A DNA stretch of 64,000 bases from Thermomicrobiales bacterium (GCA_023957015.1 JAMLHR010000003.1:22555-86554), one strand, 5' to 3'; positions 17,701 through 27,643 are shown, numbered from the stretch's first letter. The notes: generated by a model not told the origin, from the letters alone. Made by a program: numbers and translations.

Positions 17701-18723
17701 CTAGTCTGCAGGAGACTCCAGCAACGTCACCGAAACGGTTTTCGTATCCACCAACGCCCGCACACCCAGCGGCATGGCGATCATCGGGGAGTAGTGGCCG
17801 AAATCCATGTTCGTGATTACCGAAATCATGTTGCTGATCGCTCTCCGGAGCAGTCGATCCAGAGATGTCCCAATGATCCTCAGGGAAGTCATAGGGCTTC
17901 GCGAACAGGAGCCCTGCGATTCGGTCGAAGAAGCGCCCGTGAACTCCAAACCTCCCATGAGTTCATCGGTGGCGTAGGCGGACTTCAGATCGCCAGCGGT
18001 TTCGATGAAGAGGATGGTGCCGTCCAGATTCGGCCAGTACCGCGTTCCCCACAGCAGATTGAGGCACTCCAGGCATCCGCCAATCAGCGGTCCTTCGGCG
18101 CGACCTTCTTTGAGGACAGTCCAATCGGTATTGGGTTCATGAGTGCGGCGGCGAGTTCGATCCTCGCCTGTCTCCCAATCCAGAAACTCGCGTGTCCACT
18201 CTTCTGGATAGGGAACGTTGCCTGGGGAGTCGGACGATGTGAGGAGTTTGAGCATCCAATCCTGACTGATCTCCGGCATCCTGGGGAACTCGGCCCAATC
18301 GCTCAGCAGATAGGGGCCGTTGATCGTGCAGAGACCTGTCATTGCATGGATCGCGACATTGAGTGAGGTGGTATCGCTGTACCCGATGAACGGCTTGGGA
18401 TTGGCGCGGATCAGGTCGAAATCCAGATATGGAATCACATCGATACTATGCGTACCACCGATGGTGCACATGATCGCGTTCACCCCAGGATCGGCGAACA
18501 TGGCATTGATATCTGCAGCGCGGTTTTCGGCAGTATCGGAGACATGTCCGCGATTGTTGAAGGCATGCGGTGCGATTTTGACCCGGTAGCCCAGTGATTC
18601 GATATAGCGAACACCATGCATCGCGCGTGGCAGGAATGTCTCACCACCAAACCACGATGGACTGACGATGCCGAAGCATCCTCCTGGTCCAAGAGCCGGG
18701 TATTTCAGCAGGTTTGTGCCCAT
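17701..18723 (-). CDS. S66-family LD-carboxypeptidase (MccF-like), with an internal out-of-frame stretch
   Basis: 340-aa ORF. Motifs: GIVSPSW, AENRAADINAMFADPGVNAIMCTIGG, the nucleophile region FIGYSDTTSL, and C-terminal ITNMDFGH. Codons corresponding to ~17862-17947 read better in another frame (see findings). Confidence 0.85.
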   Translation of the reverse strand: MGTNLLKYPALGPGGCFGIVSPSWFGGETFLPRAMHGVRYIESLGYRVKIAPHAFNNRGHVSDTAENRAADINAMFADPGVNAIMCTIGGTHSIDVIPYLDFDLIRANPKPFIGYSDTTSLNVAIHAMTGLCTINGPYLLSDWAEFPRMPEISQDWMLKLLTSSDSPGNVPYPEEWTREFLDWETGEDRTRRRTHEPNTDWTVLKEGRAEGPLIGGCLECLNLLWGTRYWPNLDGTILFIETAGDLKSAYATDELMGGLEFTGASSTESQGSCSRSPMTSLRIIGTSLDRLLRRAISNMISVITNMDFGHYSPMIAMPLGVRALVDTKTVSVTLLESPAD

Positions 18724-18775
18724 CCTGATCCCTTTCAGTCAACTGGATGCAATGATAGCAACGAGGTTTGGCGTG

Positions 18776-18904
18776 ATGAATACCGCCACGTGTAAGCGAA
18801 TCGCCGAGGAACGGCATCGGGTGATGCAGACGTTCCTCGACGATTTCATGCGTGAGTGGGAGATGACTCATCGCTATGTGAACGAGCAATTGATCCGGGA
18901 GTGA
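18776..18904 (+). CDS. possible small protein (42 aa), unsupported by homology
   Basis: An ATG preceded by gagg at -11. Product: MNTATCKRIAEERHRVMQTFLDDFMREWEMTHRYVNEQLIRE (helical, charged). It lies in the gap between divergent/convergent genes. Confidence 0.25.
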   Translation: MNTATCKRIAEERHRVMQTFLDDFMREWEMTHRYVNEQLIRE

Positions 18905-18906
18905 CG

Positions 18907-19145
18907 TTACTCCGTCGCCTGCTTGGTCAACACCACGCGCCAGGTCTCAGGACCCTCTTCCAGGTACTCCCACCCCAGCTGACCCGGACGCTCGGCCATG
19001 AACTGGTAATAGAGCGGCAGGATCGCAAGTCGTTGACCAGCTCGAACGACTCACCGGCAGCCAGATCGTCGAACGTCTGGAACAGGAGCGGATGTCGCTC
19101 ACGCGGGGCGATCGGGCGAACATCGATAGACTTGGTGGTGCTCAT
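18907..19145 (-). pseudogene. DUF2249-domain protein, frame lost at ~19020-19032
   Basis: MSTTKSIDVRPIAPRERHPLLFQTFDDLAAGESFELVND is in one frame. The conserved continuation ILPLYYQFMAERPGQLGWEYLEEGPETWRVVLTKQATE* is in another. The span is 239 nt (3n-1). RBS is acaggagcacacacATG. Confidence 0.7.
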
Positions 19146-19188
19146 GTGTGTGCTCCTGTCACGAATGCGATCCGGGGATGACCGACTC

Positions 19189-20235
19189 TCACCCGGATGT
19201 AACAATACCTACCATAGTCCTCGGATATGATCGTGAGTATCGAGATTGCTGATATCGTGTCGGGATAAAGCTTACGCGTCGATGCCAGACCCCTTGCTCA
19301 GTCGTTGTCCCCGGTCCTAGTGGTTGTCGAGCTCCATTTCGCCTGAGTACCTGGCCTTGTTCGACGGCAGTGAGCCAGGCGCTCATGCCCTCGTCCCAGT
19401 GCGATGGATAACCGAATCCCTGTGATACCGCCACTTGCCTTGCGGCGTTACGGAACAACGTCGTGATACCGTGGATCGCCTTCCAAATATCGTCGCGGTC
19501 GGCGTGAGGGTAGGTGCTTAGCAGCAGTGCATAATCTTCCGTTGGCAGGAGGTTTGCCAGAACTTGCCCTGTTTGCCGATGCGACGTGCCACGCATACAA
19601 CTCGCCGACGTACCAACCCAGCATCTGGTAGAGCATGTCCCGCACCGGCGATTCCAGATGGGAGACCACTTCATCGGATACTGACCGCGCGCGTTCGCTT
19701 TGGCAACGTTGTTCAGGCACCACCAAAACTCGTTGCAGCAGGCTAGATACCCGTTCTCCGTCGGAGGTGTATGCCAGAATGCAGCTCCGGTTGAGAGAGA
19801 TCTTTAGTCGGCAACAATCCCGTCTTTATCAAGCAGCACCTGGCGCAGAGGCGTCGTTGTGGAAATCGGCAACGCTGCATTAACTCATCCATCATCTGTA
19901 GATCAACGCGTTGATAACTCAGCAAAGATCATCAAGCCAGGCATAGCGGTGCATCATCGGCGGCATCTCCCAGCCGAATGCCGATTTGTACGGCTCCTGC
20001 ACCATGATCGGCTCACCGAATACCCGACTCCAGTCAGGATCCTGCAGGTATCCGGAGAGATCGCTGACGATCAGTGCGATATCGAAGTCCTGCCAGGCAT
20101 CAGCGGCCACCGCCGGATCGGTTCGCGAGCCATCCAGGAAGATCGCGCGTATCGATCATCCACGCGACGAGTTCGAGGACGCAATCAATAGCCGTGAGTA
20201 TCGGGAATTTGCTGATATCGTGTCGGGATAAAGCC
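19189..20235 (-). pseudogene. aminoglycoside 6-nucleotidyltransferase (ANT(6)/AadK-like) relic with at least four frame changes and no clear start codon
   Basis: Family-typical segments are scattered over three frames: AIFLDGSRTDPAVAADAWQDFDIALIVSD...FGEPIMVQEP, QRVDLQMMDE, RQVLLDKDGIVAD, ACCNEFWWCLNNVAKA and LPTEDYALLLSTYPHADRDDIWKAIHGITTLFRNAARQVA. Confidence 0.7.
19232..19275. repeat. copy 1 of a ~45-nt direct repeat flanking the ANT(6) relic
   Basis: cgtgagtatcgagattgctgatatcgtgtcgggataaagcttac, compared with cgtgagtatcgggaatttgctgatatcgtgtcgggataaagcctac at 20193-20238. Confidence 0.9.
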
Positions 20236-20238
20236 TAC
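20193..20238. repeat. copy 2 of the ~45-nt direct repeat flanking the ANT(6) relic
   Basis: Shares a 26-nt identical core, ttgctgatatcgtgtcgggataaagc, plus the 11-nt cgtgagtatcg with 19232-19275. Confidence 0.9.
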
Positions 20239-20383
20239 AAACATTTGCATTGGCATTTGGCCGTGTCCCTGTTACTACCAACCGGCCGGTGATAACGTCT
20301 CTCGACGGTGCCGTATAATAATCCGACTGAAATACTCGGGAAACCATCAAATCCCCAAGTACGTAATATCGGAGTGCCATCAG

Positions 20384-21646
20384 ATGACGACAGCATCAAC
20401 ATCCACCATCATCTCACCACACCTGCGATCATTAGCGGAATCGATTGCCTCCGCTCCGGATCAATCCGAGCGTCTCCTGCAAGACTTCTGGACCGTGATC
20501 CAGCAAGAGGGCACGCCCCTGATCGAACCATCAGATACGTCGAACGCGTGCCTCGTTACCTGGCTCTATCGCCAGACCGATCGCGAGATCGCCAGCATCG
20601 AGGTGATCGAACCGTTCAGCTGGAAGGCGCGGGAGGCGCGTCGTCTCTCCAAATTGGATGGCACCGATATCTGGTACATCAGTTGGCATGTGCGTAACGA
20701 TCTGCGAGGGTCCTATGGCTTTCTGATTACGTGGGCGGATGGTGGCGAGCCCTGGCGTGGTGCCGATCCGCTGGCACGCGATTACGAGGGCGATGGTTGG
20801 GAGGAAGAGGGGCGCACCTCCGTGATCGTGATGCCGCAGGCAGCGTCGCTGACCTGGCGCCACGCCGACCCCTCCGTTCCGCGCGGCACGATACATGAGC
20901 ACACTTTCCACTCCGATACTCTCGGCAATAAGCGCGCGATCCTGGTCCATACGCCCGCGGGATACGAGAAGTCAGCGGGACCATATCCATTCGTCGTCAT
21001 CTTCGATGGCGAGGAACCCGGTCACCCGGCACCGGACGTGATCGATAACCTCATCGCTGCGGGGATGATTCCGCCATTGGTCGCGATTCTGGTGGACCAG
21101 ATCGAGATTCGCGATCAGGAACTCCCGGGTAATCCACACTTCTCTCGTGCCATTGCCACCGAACTCGTGCCTTGGTTGCATACTGAATACAAACTCTCCA
21201 ACGACCCCAGGGACGCAATCCTGAATGGCGGTAGCTACGGTGGCTTCTGTTCCGCTTACACCGCGCTCCATCACCCGGATGTCTTTGGAAATGTCGTCAT
21301 GCACTCACCCTCGTGCTGGATGCATCCCAATCTGATGGAAACCTGGGCGACGCGGAACGGCGACATGACCGCGGATCCGGTCGGTGAACCGGCGGATATC
21401 CCGTTGCTGATCCAGGAGTTCCAGACCGCTGAGCGCGTGCCAATCCGCATCTGGCACGAGTGCGGTGGCGTCGAAAATGGACCCGCTCCAGCCCGAATCT
21501 GGCAGACGTTCGGCAATCGCTGGCTGCACGATATCCTGCAACTGAAGGGATACGACACCACCTACCGCGAGTATGTCGGCGGTCACGATCACGCCTGGTG
21601 GCGTGGCACCATGGCCGAGGGATTGATCTGGGTATTTGACCGATAG
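20384..21646 (+). CDS. enterochelin-esterase-like alpha/beta hydrolase (Fes/IroE-type, putative esterase family)
   Basis: 420-aa ORF. The N-terminal domain pattern LQDFWTVIQQEGTPLIE...CLVTWLYR is followed by the esterase core: ILVHTPAGY, PFVVIFDGEE and the nucleophile region LNGGSYGGFCSAYTALHHPDVFGNVVMHSPS. Confidence 0.8.
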   Translation: MTTASTSTIISPHLRSLAESIASAPDQSERLLQDFWTVIQQEGTPLIEPSDTSNACLVTWLYRQTDREIASIEVIEPFSWKAREARRLSKLDGTDIWYISWHVRNDLRGSYGFLITWADGGEPWRGADPLARDYEGDGWEEEGRTSVIVMPQAASLTWRHADPSVPRGTIHEHTFHSDTLGNKRAILVHTPAGYEKSAGPYPFVVIFDGEEPGHPAPDVIDNLIAAGMIPPLVAILVDQIEIRDQELPGNPHFSRAIATELVPWLHTEYKLSNDPRDAILNGGSYGGFCSAYTALHHPDVFGNVVMHSPSCWMHPNLMETWATRNGDMTADPVGEPADIPLLIQEFQTAERVPIRIWHECGGVENGPAPARIWQTFGNRWLHDILQLKGYDTTYREYVGGHDHAWWRGTMAEGLIWVFDR

Positions 21647-21681
21647 GGTTGCGGGAGGTCCGATGGTAATCGGTGATTGCC

Positions 21682-22119
21682 CTACGCTCGACAATAGAGG
21701 ACGTCTGGTTCCTTTTCCTCGTTGTCGGCACCATCGGTGAACTCAACCGCTTCGAAACCGCGATGCTCGTAGAACGCTCGTGCCGCCTCGTTTCTCTGGA
21801 ACGTCCACAATCGCATTGGCGGTTCGGCCATCTCGATCGCCTTCTGGAGGAGCGCGCTCCCGACTCCCCGACCCTGATACTCGGGCAGGATATAGAGCTG
21901 CTCCAACATATCGCCGAGCACCGCAGCATATCCAGCGATCACACCGTCGATTTCGGCCACCCAGACCTGCTGTTCCGGCAAAACAATTGTCTCCATCCAC
22001 CAGAGGTCTTCTGCGGGAGTATGGAGCTTTGGTAGCCATGGCATGGCGGTTTCTACGGAAATACGATGAAGCCGAGCAAGCGTCGGTGCATCCTCCTTGC
22101 GGGCGAGGCGAAGATTCAT
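21682..22119 (-). CDS. GNAT-family N-acetyltransferase
   Basis: 145-aa ORF with LEQLYILPEYQGRGVGSALLQKAIE and AARAFYEHRGFE motifs. Confidence 0.85.
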   Translation of the reverse strand: MNLRLARKEDAPTLARLHRISVETAMPWLPKLHTPAEDLWWMETIVLPEQQVWVAEIDGVIAGYAAVLGDMLEQLYILPEYQGRGVGSALLQKAIEMAEPPMRLWTFQRNEAARAFYEHRGFEAVEFTDGADNEEKEPDVLYCRA

Positions 22120-23378
22120 GCCAATGGTTCCTTTCTGAGGAGGCTAACGATAACGCCAAACGTCACACCGATGCCTACCGCCATCGCCGACAGGATCGGA
22201 CCATGATAGCGCGCCCAATCTACACCCATGCCGCCAAAGGTGATTGCCACCATCGTTCCTAACACGATTGCGATCAACGCCGTCGCGCTGCCGATTCCGC
22301 GTCGCCAACATAGCCACGCCAGAACCACCCCACCGATCAGCGCCAGCAAAACCTCCAGCGACCACGCCACACCGAAGAAGCGTCCAAGTACTGACCACTC
22401 GACACCGGTGAGTCGATTCCAGCTCCGCTGGATTGCCTCGAGTGGATCCCCAACGGCATTCTGGGACCAGATATCGCCCTGTATCTCCATCCCCAGCCTG
22501 CGGTAATCGAGCAGGTTTCGGCTGTGCTGAATCGGATGTCGCCACAGATAGGGATAGCTGGCGATGAACGTGAGCGCTGCGACCAACGGTGTGCTCAGCA
22601 ACATCCAACCCAACCTGATCTGGCTCTGGCATAGCCCTCTCTTGGTGATAGCGGGAGTGTTCCACAGAACAAGCACGACACCGATGAGCGCAAGTGCCAC
22701 GGCGATGCCCAGGGGGCTCAGCTTGGTACCACCTCCGAGACCGATGGCGATACCGAGCATAGTTGCTCGCCACCACGATGGCTTCTCCGCCAGTCGCGCC
22801 GCCAGCCACGCACTCAGCGCGATGAAGAGCAGGAGGGTGATGTCCGAGCCCGCAAAGGTGGCGAGGTAAATCGCCAATGGATGTAGAGCGAAGAACGTCG
22901 CTCCGACAGCGGCACCAACCGGGTTGGTCAGGCGCAATCCAATCAGATAGATCAGCAGCGCAGTCAGTGCACCAACGAATGCCGTTGTCCGTCGTGCTGC
23001 TACGAGCTGAGCATCGCCTGGTTTGTTGCCGTGAGCCTGGTTCCAGGCGTCATCGTGATCCATATTCCAGTAACCAATGCGCGGTAATGGTTCGCCCTGC
23101 AGCAGCATGCCGATACCGATGATATAGGAACCAACCGGTGGCTGCGCTCGCAGTCGATATATCTCGTCCAGTGATCGACCGCTGGTTTGCCAGGTGGAAT
23201 CCTGCCAATAGGCGCTGAAGGGATGCATCGCTTCCTGTAGGTATATTGTGCGATGTATCCATCTCGCTTCATCGCGATGGAACTCGCGACTGTCGATCGC
23301 AGCCGCGAACTGCCACATCCCCAGGAGGAAGATGAGTATCCCGAGTACCGATGTGCCATAGCGCTGAAGGGCCGTCAT
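22116..23378 (-). CDS. GT-C fold glycosyltransferase (family 39 / ArnT-PMT-like) integral membrane protein
   Basis: 420-aa polytopic ORF. The first extracytoplasmic loop has the DE motif (FHRDEARWIHRT), followed by many TM helices. The stop overlaps the downstream GNAT start. Confidence 0.65.
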   Translation of the reverse strand: MTALQRYGTSVLGILIFLLGMWQFAAAIDSREFHRDEARWIHRTIYLQEAMHPFSAYWQDSTWQTSGRSLDEIYRLRAQPPVGSYIIGIGMLLQGEPLPRIGYWNMDHDDAWNQAHGNKPGDAQLVAARRTTAFVGALTALLIYLIGLRLTNPVGAAVGATFFALHPLAIYLATFAGSDITLLLFIALSAWLAARLAEKPSWWRATMLGIAIGLGGGTKLSPLGIAVALALIGVVLVLWNTPAITKRGLCQSQIRLGWMLLSTPLVAALTFIASYPYLWRHPIQHSRNLLDYRRLGMEIQGDIWSQNAVGDPLEAIQRSWNRLTGVEWSVLGRFFGVAWSLEVLLALIGGVVLAWLCWRRGIGSATALIAIVLGTMVAITFGGMGVDWARYHGPILSAMAVGIGVTFGVIVSLLRKEPLA

Positions 23379-23436
23379 CGCATCCTGTCTTACATACGGA
23401 GAGCTAAACCCGGCAACTCGCGCTTGTCAGCGCGGG

Positions 23437-23904
23437 TCAAGCGTTGTGGTCCCCATCCAGTATTCCGGCTTCGCGCAATACGTTTTTGATCCCCTCGAAC
23501 GTGAGATGGATGCGCATGAGGATGACGGTTGCCGCCAGGCTGGTAACGACCACACTGGCGATATCTCCTCGGCCGAATCCGGCTTCGACAATGTCATTAC
23601 GGAAGATGAGATAGAGCAGGTACATCACCAGGACGAAGGTGCCGAGCTTGTCCATGCGCGCGACCACCGCCCCCTGAGATCTGTCCCAGCTGTGCAGATA
23701 CATGCGGTCCGCTGCTTTGCCGATGATGAGTCCCGGTACCACACCCGCAATCACCCACCACCAGCTCACATCGCGGAAGAACAGCAGTTGCACCAATACC
23801 AGCAGCTTGAGCGCCACAATTACAAACAGCACCCAGAGGCGGGTGCGAATGCTGCTACTAATGAGCTCGCCAGTTGACTTGACTCTCGGTTTCGGCTGGG
23901 CCAC
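23437..23904 (-). CDS. hypothetical integral membrane protein
   Basis: 155-aa ORF with about 4 TM helices. No family recognised. Confidence 0.55.
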   Translation of the reverse strand: MAQPKPRVKSTGELISSSIRTRLWVLFVIVALKLLVLVQLLFFRDVSWWWVIAGVVPGLIIGKAADRMYLHSWDRSQGAVVARMDKLGTFVLVMYLLYLIFRNDIVEAGFGRGDIASVVVTSLAATVILMRIHLTFEGIKNVLREAGILDGDHNA

Positions 23905-24059
23905 GGTGTCGTCCTGAATAGGGATAACGTGTCTCTTCAGACGGTAATTATGCCCTATGGATCATCTGTCCGATAGCTGAAGATTGCCAGTGGTCCAGAA
24001 CGAGAGTCAGATCCAGCACGGCAGAAGAGGTCTGGGCAACCGTTCTTCGCGTCGTTGTG

Positions 24060-24443
24060 TTACTGGCCCGTCAGCTGGTCTCGCATGATGGTGCGATCCA
24101 CCAGGAAGTTCCCACTCAGGATCAGTCCATTATCAATGCGCCAGAACCCTGCTTCCAGGAAATCGAACTTGGCACCCATTGGCGGAATGTCTTTCCATTC
24201 GCCCGTCTGCGTGCCCGTTAAGCGCACGAAGGCAGCAGCGGTATCGCCATCGGCCACGAACTGCTCAATCGTCAGGCGGAGATCGGGGAACGCCGTTCGC
24301 CAGTTAGTTACATTTCGCTGCACCCCCGCGATACCGAAGGGTTCTCCGTTCACGGTGTAGGAGGGAGCGATGAACTCGGGAATGCGATCGATCTGGCCTT
24401 CATTCCAGATTGTCTCGATGAATGCGGGAACTGGGTGTGTCAT
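24060..24443 (-). CDS. SnoaL-like ester cyclase / NTF2-fold protein
   Basis: 127-aa ORF. FIETIWNEGQIDRIPEFIAPSY...WRTAFPDLRLTIEQFVADGDTAAAFVRLTGTQTGEW is the classic ester-cyclase pattern. Confidence 0.8.
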   Translation of the reverse strand: MTHPVPAFIETIWNEGQIDRIPEFIAPSYTVNGEPFGIAGVQRNVTNWRTAFPDLRLTIEQFVADGDTAAAFVRLTGTQTGEWKDIPPMGAKFDFLEAGFWRIDNGLILSGNFLVDRTIMRDQLTGQ

Positions 24444-25378
24444 GATGTGATTTCCCTTCGTTCAGAAGCCTGATGGGTTCGGCTGTAGTGCATATGGCAC
24501 CAGTAGAAGAGCCATCCAACAGCTAATCCGCCCACCGTATTGCCGAGTGTGACCGGGATCAGATTGTGGGTGACGAATGACCCCCAGCTTGCGATATCGA
24601 CATCAATACCAGCCTGAATCGCCAGGTCGCGGTAACGATCGATCGTGCTGGCGAAGAGTCCTGCCGGGACATAGTAGAGATTCGCGATACTGTGCTCGAA
24701 ACCAGCAATGACGAAGAAGGAGATCGGAACAAACGCGGCCACCGCTTTGCCCGTAACATCCTTGGCACCGAGTGCCATCAGCACTCCGATAGTGACGAGC
24801 ACGTTACAGAAGATACCCATCACAAACGCGTTCATCGGATCCATCGTGCTCTTTGCAGCCGCCTGTTTGATGGAGAACACCGCCAGCATGCCACCGGAGA
24901 TATTGAGTTGACCGAAGAATGCCATGCCAATCGCCACCGAGATCGCCCCGATCGCGTTTCCGGCAAACACCAATATCCAGTGATAGACCATGCGGACCAG
25001 GGTGATGCGCTTCTCTTTGAGTGTGATGGCCATCAAGGTATCGCCGGTGTAGAGTTCTGCTCCGGTGAGGATCACCATGATCAATCCAAAGGGAAAGAGC
25101 AGACCCATAACGAGTCGGGCCAGCCCTTCGTTGCCGATCATGTGCGCGGCGGTGTTGGCGGCGACACCACCCATGGCGATGAAGAATCCCGCCAGATAGG
25201 CCAGCGAGAGGATCTGCCAGGCTGGTCGGCGAGCTTTCGCTTCTCCTGAATCTGCGAATAGCGCAGTGTATTCGGCAGGTGTATACAGACCGACTCTCCC
25301 CACGGTATCCAGGTTGCGTACGTCATAAGTATAGGGTGAGGACGAGATCCATGATTCCAGTATCCCGGTGGATTGCAT
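24440..25378 (-). CDS. formate/nitrite transporter (FNT) family channel
   Basis: 312-aa ORF with FNT signatures GAELYTGD and GFEHSIANLYYVP, and 6 TM helices. Confidence 0.9.
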   Translation of the reverse strand: MQSTGILESWISSSPYTYDVRNLDTVGRVGLYTPAEYTALFADSGEAKARRPAWQILSLAYLAGFFIAMGGVAANTAAHMIGNEGLARLVMGLLFPFGLIMVILTGAELYTGDTLMAITLKEKRITLVRMVYHWILVFAGNAIGAISVAIGMAFFGQLNISGGMLAVFSIKQAAAKSTMDPMNAFVMGIFCNVLVTIGVLMALGAKDVTGKAVAAFVPISFFVIAGFEHSIANLYYVPAGLFASTIDRYRDLAIQAGIDVDIASWGSFVTHNLIPVTLGNTVGGLAVGWLFYWCHMHYSRTHQASERREITS

Positions 25379-25414
25379 GTAATGCAGTTTTCGTCGTGAA
25401 GAAGATAGGGGAGA

Positions 25415-26809
25415 TTATCGCGAGCACGATTCCTCAAGCCAATTTAGGATCGGCGCAAGTGTGGTTTCCGAGATGGACGTGGACATTCCAATCGAGTCGT
25501 CCTCGATATCTGGTTCAATAGCGCCGATATGGACGCTGCCCTTCAGATCAAGTCCCGCCATGGTTGCCAGTGCCATCATATTCCCATCAAAGAGATGGAA
25601 TGTAGTGTTCGCCGTCGTGTAACCGGCAGTTGCCGATCCAAACGACAGGAGATTCTGACGGCTCATCAACGATAGCAACGCAAATTCGCCAGCGCTGGCC
25701 GTCTGGAATCCCGTCAGGACCGCAACCGGGATATCGAAGTCGATAGACTCGACTGGCTCTAAGCCATGCACGGCGAGGAGCGGAGCGGCGTTCCTCAGGA
25801 TGTCGCTTTTGGTGGTCCAATGTTGACCGCCATCAACATCTACGAATCCAGCGACCCGGCCTTCAGGAAGGAACGGATAGAGGATCGTGCCCAGTACGCG
25901 CGTGCTGCCACCAGTCATCTGGCGTAAATCAATGATCCACCCGCATACATCATCGTCGTAGAGTGCGTCACGTAGCGCGCTACCACGGGCGGCATATTCC
26001 GCGTGATACTCAGTTGTGGATCCATTGGTCATTGGAAAGCTGAGATATCCGAACGAACCGATTTTCGATCCGGTCGGGAAATACTCCGGTGCCCTTGCGG
26101 TGCTGACTGAGGTTCGGGAACGCATATCATAGACAGTCGTATGCTTGTCGCCCGCTGAACGGAGCAGACTTGTGAGTCGGGAGGGAAGTAGGGTGCTGAC
26201 ATCGCTTTGGGTCATCAGCCCTGTCGCCCATTTAGCCAACGTATCCCAATCGACACCGTCTCGAAAATACGCATGTCCTCTCACCACTCTGATGACGCTT
26301 TGTGCCAGATCCTGTGGAGAGACGGCGGTAATCCCAAGCGATACCGTCTCGAGAATAGTATCGAAACTCTCGGATGTGCCGACAATATGGAGGTAGGTGC
26401 CCTCGCCATCAATGGTTGGAACAGGATTCGGGTTTGGCACGATGAGCGACGTTGTACTCGCGGGCGTGAAGGCGGAGATTGTATTGCCGCGCACGCCATC
26501 CAATCCATTCCAGTTGACGCGCTCCGACGAATCGAAGGTGACCCCATAGACGCGTTCCAATTGGGCACTTGCCTGCTCCAAAGAGTCCGCGTGTACGGGC
26601 CATGCGTCCAGAAAGCCAGACTCACCGCCCATTGCAGTGATCGAGCCTGGCACACCTGGATGGATAGCCCAGTTGAAGGGAACTTCGGCGATCATGTGCG
26701 CACCCTGGCAGATATAGATTTGCGTTGCCTGATAGGCGCGAATGGTGGTCGAATCACCGCCTATGGTTGACGCGATGGCTGAGACGAGTTGACGCCTTGA
26801 GATCACCAA
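25415..26809 (-). CDS. S41-family peptidase (C-terminal processing protease-like)
   Basis: 464-aa ORF. Motifs: WIIDLRQMTGGS and the catalytic-serine motif VAVLTGFQTASAGEFALLSL. Confidence 0.8.
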   Translation of the reverse strand: MVISRRQLVSAIASTIGGDSTTIRAYQATQIYICQGAHMIAEVPFNWAIHPGVPGSITAMGGESGFLDAWPVHADSLEQASAQLERVYGVTFDSSERVNWNGLDGVRGNTISAFTPASTTSLIVPNPNPVPTIDGEGTYLHIVGTSESFDTILETVSLGITAVSPQDLAQSVIRVVRGHAYFRDGVDWDTLAKWATGLMTQSDVSTLLPSRLTSLLRSAGDKHTTVYDMRSRTSVSTARAPEYFPTGSKIGSFGYLSFPMTNGSTTEYHAEYAARGSALRDALYDDDVCGWIIDLRQMTGGSTRVLGTILYPFLPEGRVAGFVDVDGGQHWTTKSDILRNAAPLLAVHGLEPVESIDFDIPVAVLTGFQTASAGEFALLSLMSRQNLLSFGSATAGYTTANTTFHLFDGNMMALATMAGLDLKGSVHIGAIEPDIEDDSIGMSTSISETTLAPILNWLEESCSR

Positions 26810-26921
26810 GTACCCTCCTCTTTCCTCTCTAGCCTACCAGTTGATAAGTGACAAAATGCTTGCGGACCCGGAGCCTGTAACGGGATGCCCGCCTTCTGGG
26901 AGGAGCCCGTGATCCTCCACA

Positions 26922-27566
26922 TTGGTAAGTCATGCGTCAAAGACCTATCATGCGGTCATGTTGAGCCATGATGAGATTACTCGCCTCTACGGACCGTGGA
27001 AGCACAATACACCAGCGGATGCAGCGTTGTTGCTCATGGACTATCCGGGTCAATGGTGGATCGCGGGTGGTTGGGCAATCGAGGCCTTCACAGGCATATC
27101 CCGTGTCCATGATGACCTTGATATCGGCATTCCGCGGACTGATGTTCCCCTGTTGTGCTCATTTCTGCACCAGAAAATGGATGTGTGGGCCGCTACGGGC
27201 AGCTTAACTCCCATGACCGAAGTCGGGCCTGAACTGCCAGAGGATTGCGATAACCTGTGGCTTCGCCCGAGTGGCGCGGAGCCTTGGGAGTACGATGTCC
27301 TCCTTGATGATGCCGACACCGTGACCTGGACGTGCAAACGTGATCCAAGTATCACCCGACCACTGGCTGACGTGCTGTGGCAACAGGATGGTGTCACGTT
27401 TCTGCGCCCAGAGGTGCAACTCTTGCTCAAAGCAAAGCGCGCCCGCCCCAAGGACACATTAGACTTTGAGGCTTGTCTGCCAGCTTTGGATCAAGGGAGT
27501 CGGTCGTGGCTGGCCGATGCGCTCCGGCAGGTGCATCCCGATCATCCCTGGCTTCACAAACTCTGA
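26922..27566 (+). CDS. nucleotidyltransferase-fold protein (aminoglycoside-2''-adenylyltransferase-like family)
   Basis: 214-aa ORF (start possibly 26961). WWIAGGWAIEAF...HDDLDIGIPRTD resembles the G-G...D-x-D minimal NTase motif. Confidence 0.5.
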   Translation: MVSHASKTYHAVMLSHDEITRLYGPWKHNTPADAALLLMDYPGQWWIAGGWAIEAFTGISRVHDDLDIGIPRTDVPLLCSFLHQKMDVWAATGSLTPMTEVGPELPEDCDNLWLRPSGAEPWEYDVLLDDADTVTWTCKRDPSITRPLADVLWQQDGVTFLRPEVQLLLKAKRARPKDTLDFEACLPALDQGSRSWLADALRQVHPDHPWLHKL

Positions 27567-27643
27567 GGGGATACGCAAAACGGGACGAACAGCAAATGCC
27601 GCCCGCCCCGTTGTTATCATCGTCTGGATCTATGCCGTGGAGA

